DNA of 16,861 nucleotides, from assembly GCA_014728035.1 (NCBI GenBank), contig WJMJ01000030.1, positions 1 through 16,861 on the forward strand, given 5' to 3'. The DNA comes from Promethearchaeota archaeon (lineage in GTDB: Archaea > Asgardarchaeota > Thorarchaeia > Thorarchaeales > Thorarchaeaceae). Positions 9,093 through 16,861 of the stretch are shown here, in pieces (position 1 is the first letter of the stretch; every line of letters starts with the position of its first letter). A program made the translations under genes and the position numbers. A model generated the notes under the pieces. That model was not told the origin of the DNA. It worked only from the letters and a program-made list of their open reading frames with translations, and made no database searches.

Positions 9093-9242
9093 TCAGATAA
9101 CACCTTTGGAAACATGGATGAGACCACCTTTCTGCAGCTTCCTTTTCTAGTTTCCCTATGGAATGAATTTCATGCTTATACGGACCACGCATCTCCATAT
9201 TCAATATTACAGCTCTTAACATACAAAGTGATTCTCTTATTA

Positions 9243-9405
9243 CCATGTAACTTACATTTGGCAACTTACCAACAAATAATCATTATATGCTTACATGATA
9301 ATTCTACCATGGTTACATGGGACCACGAGAAATTTTACTTTGGACTTACATGGGACGATGAATGTGCAAAGTACTGGTTCTTTGTGTGACAAGATACATG
9401 GGGAC
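9243..9405. promoter_or_regulatory. Array of TTACATGG(GAC)-like motifs in divergent intergenic region
   Basis: Exact TTACATGGGAC at 9313 and 9346; variants at 9252, 9291, 9394; inverted CCATGTAA at 9243. Confidence 0.55.
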
Positions 9406-9410
9406 TAAAT

Positions 9411-10406
9411 ATGATAAACGAATTAGTAGAAATCTCGAAAGCAACCCGGGTTGAACGAAAAAACAATCCAATTTTACGAGAAAGGATGAATGTTGCAGCT
9501 AATGGACAACAACCACGCTTTCTTTTGATCTCTTCGATTAAACGAAGTGCACAAGATCTCCAGTTGTTGGATCTCAAGCAAGGTGACGCTTTTTCTGGAA
9601 CAAGGGTACCTGGCCGAACAATACCTCAGGCTGATAAGACTCCAATTTTTTTCAGTGGGCCAGCTGCGTACAATGAACACTTCCCTGAAAAGAATGCAGT
9701 TGTGATAACTTTTGAGCATGATGAGGATGATGCAGTCATTGAAGCTTCTCTCAAAAATGTGTCAGAAAACCCTGATACAAAAGGGATACCATTAGTAGCT
9801 CTGAAAGTGAATTATAACACTGGTGAAATTGAAGCTTATAGCCACTCTTACTTTAGAAATCAAGCTGTGGAAGATCATCTAATTACAAGAGCTAGAACAA
9901 TACCAACAGAAGTCAATGATGATGTAATTGTTCTTGTTTGTTCAGATTCACGAGTACATCCACCTCTAACTTATGCTGGACTACCTTATGCAATACAGAC
10001 TTTGGGCGGACATATTCCTGCCTATACTGGTCAGGATGATGAAACTGCACAATTCAATGCCTTTCTTGAAACTTGGCAAGCAACTGGGTCCGAAAAGAAA
10101 TATGTCGTCTTTGTTCCTCACGGAAAAACAGAGGAAGAGGGTCAGCATTGTGGAGCTGGAAAAGCTTCGTTGAATCCCTCTGATGTCCATGGCACCTATT
10201 TACGTCCAGTTATTGAAACTCTAAATCAAGAGGCATCTAGCTTTGAATCAGCACCTCCTGAATCCCCTGAGCGACGACTTGTTGCACTTGGTGAAGCAAT
10301 TAAGAAGAACTTGTCTACATATCCCGCCTACGACGAAACTAAAATTGAGGTACTCAGACTAGGTATGATTGATACTGTGACAGGTGAAATAAAAGATTTT
10401 GACTAG
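9411..10406 (+). CDS. Two-domain beta-class carbonic-anhydrase-like protein (N-domain degenerate)
   Basis: C-domain: CSDSRV, QTLGG, H-x9-CGA, GMIDTVTGEI. N-domain: NGQQPRFLLISSIKRS, RVPG, VNYNTGEI without metal ligands. Confidence 0.7.
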   Translation: MINELVEISKATRVERKNNPILRERMNVAANGQQPRFLLISSIKRSAQDLQLLDLKQGDAFSGTRVPGRTIPQADKTPIFFSGPAAYNEHFPEKNAVVITFEHDEDDAVIEASLKNVSENPDTKGIPLVALKVNYNTGEIEAYSHSYFRNQAVEDHLITRARTIPTEVNDDVIVLVCSDSRVHPPLTYAGLPYAIQTLGGHIPAYTGQDDETAQFNAFLETWQATGSEKKYVVFVPHGKTEEEGQHCGAGKASLNPSDVHGTYLRPVIETLNQEASSFESAPPESPERRLVALGEAIKKNLSTYPAYDETKIEVLRLGMIDTVTGEIKDFD

Positions 10407-10422
10407 TAAATTCTATGGGAGG

Positions 10423-11106
10423 TCAGTCCTCCCTTCTCTCTATTTTTTCGAAGATTCCATCGCACGGTTTCATCAAATCTTGGTATCTCTCAAACTCTAA
10501 TAGGAATGAATTCAATTTGAAAATCGGTACAATTGGAATTCCTTCATGAAGTAACACTTCTTCTACTAACCATGTCACCAACATTGGATATACTTTGTAC
10601 TCTTGACTTGCAAGTCTTGGCATTTTTCTGTAAAGGATTGACAAATTTCTGGACAGCTCATCTGCTCTCTTCATTTGCTTTTCAGCTGCGTTTTTCAAAG
10701 CTGTAGTTTTTCCTTTTCTAATTCCCCACATTTTTGCATCAATAGTTATGATGGTTGAGCTTCGGACTCCTACTACATCTATTTCCATTCCTTCAATTAG
10801 TGTATTCCCAACTCGTCGAAGACTTTCTACACACTTGAAAGAGTGTTCCTTCATTACCTCTGTAACGAATCCCTCAAAGTCTTTCCAAGTTAGTTGAGCA
10901 ATTACATTTTCAAAATCTAAACCCCGTGAAACTGCAAACATGGCTAATTTCATTCGTTCTTCTCTCGACAGAGTAAGACCCTTTTCATCAAATGTTCCTA
11001 TTCCTATTGTTTGAACGACCTCTATGGTTTTTTGTGTAGGGTTTGAAAACACATTGTTATCTTTTGAATGCTCTAAAATTTCCAAGAGCAGCCCGATATT
11101 TATCAT
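10423..11106 (-). CDS. PD-(D/E)xK nuclease-fold protein (Mrr-cat/NERD-like)
   Basis: LTWKDFEGFVTEVM, EIDVVG...IDAKMW, AAEKQ. Confidence 0.75.
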   Translation of the reverse strand: MINIGLLLEILEHSKDNNVFSNPTQKTIEVVQTIGIGTFDEKGLTLSREERMKLAMFAVSRGLDFENVIAQLTWKDFEGFVTEVMKEHSFKCVESLRRVGNTLIEGMEIDVVGVRSSTIITIDAKMWGIRKGKTTALKNAAEKQMKRADELSRNLSILYRKMPRLASQEYKVYPMLVTWLVEEVLLHEGIPIVPIFKLNSFLLEFERYQDLMKPCDGIFEKIERRED

Positions 11107-11175
11107 AGAATCTCACTCATTTTTGTTGGGGCTTTAGTTTATATTCTTGGATGTTGACAAAGAATTGGGATAGAT

Positions 11176-11670
11176 ATGGCTGAAACCGCAGAAGGATGGG
11201 CACGTGTTCTTACAGCTTTTGAAAACTGGATAGATTATGAAGCATCAGAGTTCGGTCCTTGGACTGGCTATTTCAATCTGGAGAACCTAAGGTCTCTGAC
11301 AAGCAAAGAGCGTCTTGGCTGGATGCATAAGATGCAAGAAGAGCTTATTCCTGGGCGAGTGGATGTGTGTCAATCTGCAGGAGTTGCGTTGGAAGATTTC
11401 CTCCCATATATGCCTGGTGAAGAAGCTCGGAATACCGTTAGATCAATGATAGACTTGACTCAAATTATTCAAGATAGTATGCTTGGAATGAGTGACCAAT
11501 TTGCTCGAATGATGGATGAATACAAGACTGAAGGTCTTGATGAAGCTATTCATTATCTACGAGGTATCATCGATAGTGAGGAAGAGATTCGTCATCAAAT
11601 GAGTTTGTACTCTCAAGGATTTGCCAAGTTAGCAGCTCTAGGTTTGGAGATTCCTGAAGAAATGCTTTAG
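11176..11670 (+). CDS. Hypothetical acidic alpha-helical protein
   Basis: Clean 164-aa ATG ORF with protein-like composition; no motif recognised. Confidence 0.75.
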   Translation: MAETAEGWARVLTAFENWIDYEASEFGPWTGYFNLENLRSLTSKERLGWMHKMQEELIPGRVDVCQSAGVALEDFLPYMPGEEARNTVRSMIDLTQIIQDSMLGMSDQFARMMDEYKTEGLDEAIHYLRGIIDSEEEIRHQMSLYSQGFAKLAALGLEIPEEML

Positions 11671-11752
11671 AATGGCATTGCTAAAAACACTTAAGTTGAC
11701 ATTTTTGTAATTAAAATTGACCCTAAAAAAATGAGGTGAAATAACAAAATGG

Positions 11753-12181
11753 GTGGCGAAACAAATTCAGAGGCCCATCGATATCGGGTCGCAGATACAT
11801 CAGGTGAGTGTGAAATCAACTTGCCAGGTGAGTGTGTTCTCCAGTAGCCGTAAGGTCTACTCAAATAATATTTCTTCTGAATCTCAGATTACTTTTCAAA
11901 GTCTGACTGAAACCTTTCTCCGTTTTGCGGAAGCAAAGATGTCTGATACACAGAAGACTGTTTTGAAAACAAGTGCAGAGATTCTTAGAACACGTGTACT
12001 AACAATCACTGCATTAGCTGATGAGATATCTTGTAGAACAGGTATACCTTATTCAACAGTGAAGTGGAACCTCCGAGCATTGATGGATTTCGGTTTGCTT
12101 ACAGGTGGACATGCAGATAACAAAGGACAGCCTTCCTGTTTGAAGCCAGCAGCTTTGCTTCTGGTCGAGTATCTAAAATAG
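11753..12181 (+). CDS. Winged helix-turn-helix DNA-binding protein
   Basis: TITALADEIS..GIPYSTVKWNLRALMDFGLL. Start uncertain (GTG11753, GTG11810 or GTG11834). Confidence 0.75.
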   Translation: MAKQIQRPIDIGSQIHQVSVKSTCQVSVFSSSRKVYSNNISSESQITFQSLTETFLRFAEAKMSDTQKTVLKTSAEILRTRVLTITALADEISCRTGIPYSTVKWNLRALMDFGLLTGGHADNKGQPSCLKPAALLLVEYLK

Positions 12182-12192
12182 TATCAATAGTT

Positions 12193-12228
12193 GAGGGGGC
12201 CAATCCCCCCTCTATCTTTATTTTTACT
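12193..12228 (+). terminator. GC hairpin plus T-rich tract
   Basis: GAGGGGG-(CCAATC)-CCCCCTC followed by TATCTTTATTTTT just after the HTH gene stop, between convergent genes. Confidence 0.6.
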
Positions 12229-12327
12229 TCAAGTCCTCTCTGATGTCCTTTCTATGATATCTATGTTGACAGATTTGATTATTCTTCAACTTGAAAGAGT
12301 CGGAAGAAGATATTGGGTGCATCCCTT

Positions 12328-12371
12328 TGCTACCCATGTATTGCTAAGCTTTACATACTTGGGTCATTGCA
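12328..12371 (-). promoter_or_regulatory. Candidate SECIS element (eukaryote-like, non-canonical AUGA/UA core)
   Basis: Minus-strand RNA UGC-AAUGA-CCCAAGUAUGU-AAA-GCUUAGC-AAUACAUGGG-UA-GCA; kink-turn-like core, AAA 11 nt after AUGA, apical mini-stem. Confidence 0.55.
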
Positions 12372-13164
12372 TCTTCTTTCCGAACATATCCTTGGCTCTT
12401 TGAAAAAGTGAATCCATCTCTTGAGGATTCTTTGAAGCGACAAGAACAAGATCTACAGATTTGGAATCAGTAGGATTAAGATTTCCCCAATTCCATTGCA
12501 AACCTGTTGCAATATCCTGTGGACCTAATTTTGTTCTTCCTTGTAGGTCGCGATTTGCTTCTAGTTTGAAACTCGTCGGTCTATCCAAGTCCCATTTTGA
12601 GGGAGTGGGGTTGCTCGTCATTGCTACGTATAATGAGCTTTGGTCGTAGACTTTGATTATTCCTGTATCTTTGTCATAAGAACCTAAGTCATCTTTGTAA
12701 CTGATTGGGCCACCGATATCAAAGTCCATGATATTGTATAACTTGAAATCCTTAATCTTCTCATCACTGATATTGCGGGTAGTGTGACGAATTAACATGA
12801 AGGGTTCATTATAGCTCCACACATCTATTTCAAATTGAAGAATTGGTGATTCCTTGAATAGAGGTGTATTTTGAAGAATAAACCTATGAATCTCTTCTTC
12901 ATACTCGTTACTTGTAATAGCTAATCGTTCGCTATCCGTTGATCCACAGACTTGAATTTCTCCATTCATAATGTATGTCACCCAGAAGCCACCTTTGTAA
13001 CTGGCAGGATTTCTGAGCAGCAGACAGTTTTCATTGGACTTGTCAATCAGACTGAGACGTTTGAAGTAGAAACCTATCCGACCTTTTCCTCATGAAACAC
13101 ATTCGACAGTGTATTCTGCATCGAGCCTGGGGTATTGGTTTCCTGTTTCTAAGAACTCAGACAT
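12364..13164 (-). CDS. Putative selenoprotein (266 aa, CxxU at residues 22-25), beta-rich uncharacterised domain
   Basis: ATG13164 with AGTGA SD-like 6 nt upstream gives MSEFLETGNQYPRLDAEYTVECVS-TGA-GKGRIGFYFKRLSLIDKSNENCLLLRNPASYKGGFW, in frame with the annotated 12364..12981 ORF; only one internal stop. Confidence 0.75.
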
Positions 13165-13302
13165 AATAATCACTATTTGCTTGCTGGGAGCATATCTTCT
13201 TTAATTGATATAAGATTAGGGATACTGACTGTTCATTTCTACATGCTTCGTAAAGTTGATAAAGTGCTTGAAGAATTTCCGAGTGATGGGTGTTCTATTC
13301 TT

Positions 13303-14553
13303 ATGACGCAACTTGATATTGATTCCTTAGATAAATGGTATAGAAAACAACTAAAGAAAAAATCAAAGGATTTTCGGAAAAATGCAGAAAAGACCTACAA
13401 ATCTGTTGGACGTACTCTAAAAGATGTTGAAGATTTGTCAAAAGATTTACTTAAAGATGCTACAGAGGACGAGAGTGAAGAAACAGCTACTCGTTTTGCC
13501 AGAAAGATTCGTGAATTAGTTGATGATTTCGATGTGAAGCAGGAAATAACATATGAAAGCACAGAAAATATGCAGTCTGAAATTCAGCAATTCATCAATG
13601 ATCTTTGGGGCGCTGGAGCAAGATGGATTAAGAGAATGGACAAGAAACACAAGAGCACCATCAAAGTTCTAGATAATCTTATGAAAGACCTTTCTCGTGA
13701 TATGAAGATTATCGGAAAACTACTCTATGAATATAGTTGGGTTAAGGATCTAGAAAGAATAGCATCAAGAATCGGCACTTTGCGTGATATGACCTATAGT
13801 CGAGAAATTTTCGAAGAACGAATCAGACAAGTTAGGTTAAAGATTGACCAGGCTAGAAAAGAGTATTTCGACACCAAGGCAAAATATACTGATTTTGTCG
13901 AGAAATCCAATGTCGGCGATTTGTTGAATTTAGATGATGAAGCGGACCGTATTGCAACTCTATTAAGAATGAAGCTTAACACCTTAAAAAAACCCGTTAA
14001 GAAATTTCTTCAGCATGATCATGGAGTTAGAATTAGTCCTGCTGGCTCTAAAGCGCTAATTGACTATTTTGAGGATCCATATGAGGCTATAGTTGAAGAA
14101 CCTGATGGGCAGCCAGGATTGATTGAAGGCCTAGAAGCCCTCAGAAAGGCTGTTGAAACTGATGCCTTTCCATTGAAGGATCGACTTGGTAGACGTGCTA
14201 TTGAAGAAGCTGAATCCATCAAGGACGGAGAGCTCTTCGAGCTTCAGGAACAGGCAAAAGAGATTGAAAGGAAAAGAACTGAATTTGCTGATTCTGACGT
14301 ATATGCAAAAGATGCCAAAATGAAAGCGGAGGTAGAAGAAGCAAGGAAAAATTTGGAATATCATCAAAATGACTTGTTACGGATAAAAGATGATATTGAA
14401 CGTGAACTGGAAAAGATGGAGGAATATAAATCGCGTATTGAAAAGGAGCTTCTAAAACTGTTCAGTGCAAAAGTCACTATTGAATATGGTGAAACTCTTG
14501 AACCTCTTTTAGAAGAATGTAGTGTCGAACCTGTATCAGGTGAGGCGGTTTGA
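13303..14553 (+). CDS. Long coiled-coil protein, unknown function
   Basis: K/E-rich heptad pattern throughout, no Walker motifs; probable start ATG13303 (MTQLDID); TTGA overlap with dtdA. Confidence 0.75.
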   Translation: MTQLDIDSLDKWYRKQLKKKSKDFRKNAEKTYKSVGRTLKDVEDLSKDLLKDATEDESEETATRFARKIRELVDDFDVKQEITYESTENMQSEIQQFINDLWGAGARWIKRMDKKHKSTIKVLDNLMKDLSRDMKIIGKLLYEYSWVKDLERIASRIGTLRDMTYSREIFEERIRQVRLKIDQARKEYFDTKAKYTDFVEKSNVGDLLNLDDEADRIATLLRMKLNTLKKPVKKFLQHDHGVRISPAGSKALIDYFEDPYEAIVEEPDGQPGLIEGLEALRKAVETDAFPLKDRLGRRAIEEAESIKDGELFELQEQAKEIERKRTEFADSDVYAKDAKMKAEVEEARKNLEYHQNDLLRIKDDIERELEKMEEYKSRIEKELLKLFSAKVTIEYGETLEPLLEECSVEPVSGEAV

Positions 14554-15383
14554 GAGTATTAGTCACCTCAGTAAAAGATTTGGCAAGTCAGAATATCAAA
14601 CGGATATTAATAGATGAGTATGGCTTTTCATCAGAGGGCAATACATTTGAAGGCCATGAAATATACACACATGATTCTGATTCCATTCTCATCACTAGTG
14701 AACGAGATTTGATACAGTGTGATCATTTAGAAGCACATTTTGATGCGGAAGTATTCATTTTTTGTTCTCGTCATCGATCAGAATCTGGAAAACCAGCTCT
14801 ACTTGTTCATAGCACTGGGAATTATCTTGCGGAAAATTCCTTCGGAGGGAATCCATTTGAACTCTCTATTTCTACTGCCTCATTGGTTTCAACTGCATTC
14901 AAAAGGTTATTCTCTGAGAGGACATATCGTAATCTAACAGAATTCGATGTTTCATTAGAAGTGAGTCATCATGGGCCAACAAGTATGAAAACACCTCTTC
15001 TCTTCATTGAATTAGGTAGCAATGAGGAATATTGGTCTCATATAGAAGGTGCAGAAGCGGTTGCAGCAGCGGTATTTGATTGCCTTACTGTTTCTATGAA
15101 ACAAAACGCTTCAATTACTTTCGGGGGAAATCATTATGCTTCAAAGTTTAATCGTTTGGTTCTTGAAGAAAATATCCACATCAGCCATATGGCACCGAAA
15201 TATGTTCTTGATGAAATATCCCCTGAAATGGTTGCTCAAATGATTTCTAAAACCTATGAGCCTGTAAAACAAGCTATAATCGACTGGAAAGGCACAACTT
15301 CTAGTCAACGTGAACGAATTCTCCCAATGATTGAAGATCTCGAAATCGATATTGTTCGAGCAAAAGAGCTAAAGATTGACTAA
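14550..15383 (+). CDS. dtdA: D-aminoacyl-tRNA deacylase (archaeal DTD2/GEK1 type)
   Basis: SRHRSESGKPALLVHSTGN, EVSHHGPT, FIELGS, FGGNHYA, SHMAPKY, IIDWKG. Confidence 0.93.
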   Translation: MRVLVTSVKDLASQNIKRILIDEYGFSSEGNTFEGHEIYTHDSDSILITSERDLIQCDHLEAHFDAEVFIFCSRHRSESGKPALLVHSTGNYLAENSFGGNPFELSISTASLVSTAFKRLFSERTYRNLTEFDVSLEVSHHGPTSMKTPLLFIELGSNEEYWSHIEGAEAVAAAVFDCLTVSMKQNASITFGGNHYASKFNRLVLEENIHISHMAPKYVLDEISPEMVAQMISKTYEPVKQAIIDWKGTTSSQRERILPMIEDLEIDIVRAKELKID

Positions 15384-15529
15384 TTATCAACTAAACTAGC
15401 TTAGTTTTGTAGCTTCACATTAACAAACCATTTAATACCGAATCAGATTCATTCGCGGATGATTTTTACCAAAAGCCTAAATATTCTCGTGGGACATGAA
15501 ATTCTCAGAATCTTGGGGATAGGGTCTCT

Positions 15530-16642
15530 ATGTCAGATGAATCATCAATTGGAACACTGGAAAAGAAAGTAGATAGGTTATCAGATGAATTAGCAGCTAT
15601 TAGAGAGGTTTTGAAAGCGGTAAGTATTATTCCAAGCTTGGCTAAAAAGGTTGAAGCTATAGACTCTGATTTAGATGATGTAAAGAAGGAAATACGCCCA
15701 ATAACCAAGATTGATGAATTACTAACATCTGTGAAGAATGTTGACACAAGCTTAAAGGAAGTACAAGAATCCAAAGACATTCAATCAATCGGACAGAAGA
15801 TGGAAGATATTGCCAACACTATCATGAGTATTGATAGCGGAATCAAGACCATCTCCGATTCTAGAGAGGGTGAGGTCATGATCAAAAAGATAGATGATGT
15901 TCTCCTTTCTATAAAGGATGTTGACGGAGTATTGCAAGAATCCATCTCCAATGATGCCAAACAAGAAATTGGGAAAAATGTCGAAGACATTTTGAGCATC
16001 ATAACAATATTAGAAAAAACTGTTCACGATTCCAAAGGCACCTCGGAAACACAGACTGAAATAATTACAAAAAAGGTTGATGAGATTCAATCTTATGTGG
16101 CAAGTCTATCCTCCCTTGAAGAAAGAATCGATGAACTCTCCGATAGTTTTGGTGAAACAAAAGAGATTGTTGGGATAATTGTTAGACAACTTGATGATAT
16201 TGAACGCAAATACAACAAGACACTGACAGAAGTGAACGAAGCATTGTCGGTTATTGGCAAATTTGTTGACACTGATTTTGTTGCTGGAACCAAAAGCAAA
16301 GAGAAAAAGAAGAAAGAGAAGACACAAGAAAAAGACTCAAAGAAAACGCAGTCTGAAACTGTAGATCCTGGCGATACCTTGGACGAGATTATGGGATCCC
16401 TCTTAAAATTAGTTAAGCCCCAAACAGAAGCAGTGAAAATGGCTGAAGCACTCGAAGTAGCTAGAGATAAACTTACTGAATTGATTAAAGTTCATTCTCC
16501 CGTACTCTTTCAGTTCGGGAAGGTCGCTCGAGATTTGAAATCCTATCCGTCAACTGCAACACTTAATGAAAATGATATTGCTCGTTTGAACAAAGAATTG
16601 AGGTCATGGATTCCAAAATTGAAAGAAGCATATAGTGGTTGA
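15530..16642 (+). CDS. Repetitive coiled-coil protein with Lys-rich linker and C-terminal helical domain
   Basis: Recurring I-x-K-K-[IV]-[DE]-[DE]-[IL]-like units; KSKEKKKKEKTQEKDSKK linker; ~85-aa C-terminal domain. Confidence 0.8.
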   Translation: MSDESSIGTLEKKVDRLSDELAAIREVLKAVSIIPSLAKKVEAIDSDLDDVKKEIRPITKIDELLTSVKNVDTSLKEVQESKDIQSIGQKMEDIANTIMSIDSGIKTISDSREGEVMIKKIDDVLLSIKDVDGVLQESISNDAKQEIGKNVEDILSIITILEKTVHDSKGTSETQTEIITKKVDEIQSYVASLSSLEERIDELSDSFGETKEIVGIIVRQLDDIERKYNKTLTEVNEALSVIGKFVDTDFVAGTKSKEKKKKEKTQEKDSKKTQSETVDPGDTLDEIMGSLLKLVKPQTEAVKMAEALEVARDKLTELIKVHSPVLFQFGKVARDLKSYPSTATLNENDIARLNKELRSWIPKLKEAYSG

Positions 16643-16732
16643 GGTGGATTTCTACAATACATACAGCTCGTAACCGCCCGTAACCGTTCATTTTTAGTTG
16701 GACAAACTTAGACACCCGATCTTTGTCCGTCC

Positions 16733-16861
16733 AGAAACGGTACTGGAACTGGCTCGGTCCTGGTCAGGGATCCTGTGTCTGTAGACCAAATCTCTATTCC
16801 AGATCACTCCATATAAACTCCTATCAGATCTTGTCCAACAATGTCCAAGTTTTCAGTAGCT
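16733..16861. repeat. 129-bp direct repeat, right copy
   Basis: Matches 1..129 except G16781/T49. Confidence 0.97.

Noticed and set aside
9114-9389. 91-aa ORF and overlapping short ORFs in the RimK/CA intergenic region
   Set aside because: Atypical composition; coincides with the motif array and the expected divergent promoters.
9243-9405. CRISPR array
   Set aside because: Repeats only 8-11 bp, irregularly spaced, no cas genes.
11801-11836. CAG|GTGAGT twice, identical to the spliceosomal 5' splice-site consensus
   Set aside because: Prokaryotic gene organisation; GGTGA is the archaeal SD core and the HTH ORF is uninterrupted.
13177-13302. N-terminal extension of the coiled-coil ORF from TTG13177
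   Set aside because: Would leave only 12 bp for divergent promoters with the selenoprotein gene; ATG13303 is more plausible.
2387-16327. Numerous 60-95 aa antisense or alternate-frame ORFs nested in long genes
   Set aside because: Shadow ORFs of well-supported genes with no motifs.
16708-16812. Minus-strand AGGAG-N5-ATG GAG TGA in the repeat; read-through would give a 34-aa peptide
   Set aside because: No Cys/redox context or SECIS seen, very short, and lies in a non-coding repeat; likely chance.
1-16861. Circular plasmid or virus
   Set aside because: No replication, capsid, packaging or integrase genes; content is housekeeping-like; terminal repeats are not identical.

Overview
AT-rich archaeal chromosomal segment, most consistent with an Asgard archaeon (Thorarchaeia-like). 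This is inferred from the gene mix: archaeal proteasome alpha, archaeal-type DtdA, TAT-less reductive dehalogenase, multi-PAS kinase and long coiled-coil proteins. The window is bounded by two 129-bp direct repeats that differ at one base, yet it holds no transposase or integrase. The main finding is a likely missed selenoprotein. The ORF called 12364..12981 (-) extends in frame to an ATG at 13164 through a single TGA (13090-13092) in a C-V-S-[TGA]-G (CxxU) motif. A eukaryote-like SECIS/kink-turn hairpin (AUGA-11 nt-AAA) overlaps its stop codon. Other notable items: a reductive dehalogenase fused to an ABCE1/RLI-spaced 2x[4Fe-4S] domain; a coupled wHTH-Zn-ribbon plus CorA-like (GMN-less) membrane protein pair; a pseudo-dimeric beta-carbonic-anhydrase-like protein downstream of a repeated TTACATGG motif array; and a divergent stand-alone proteasome alpha subunit. 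All family calls come from motif recognition by eye; no searches were run.
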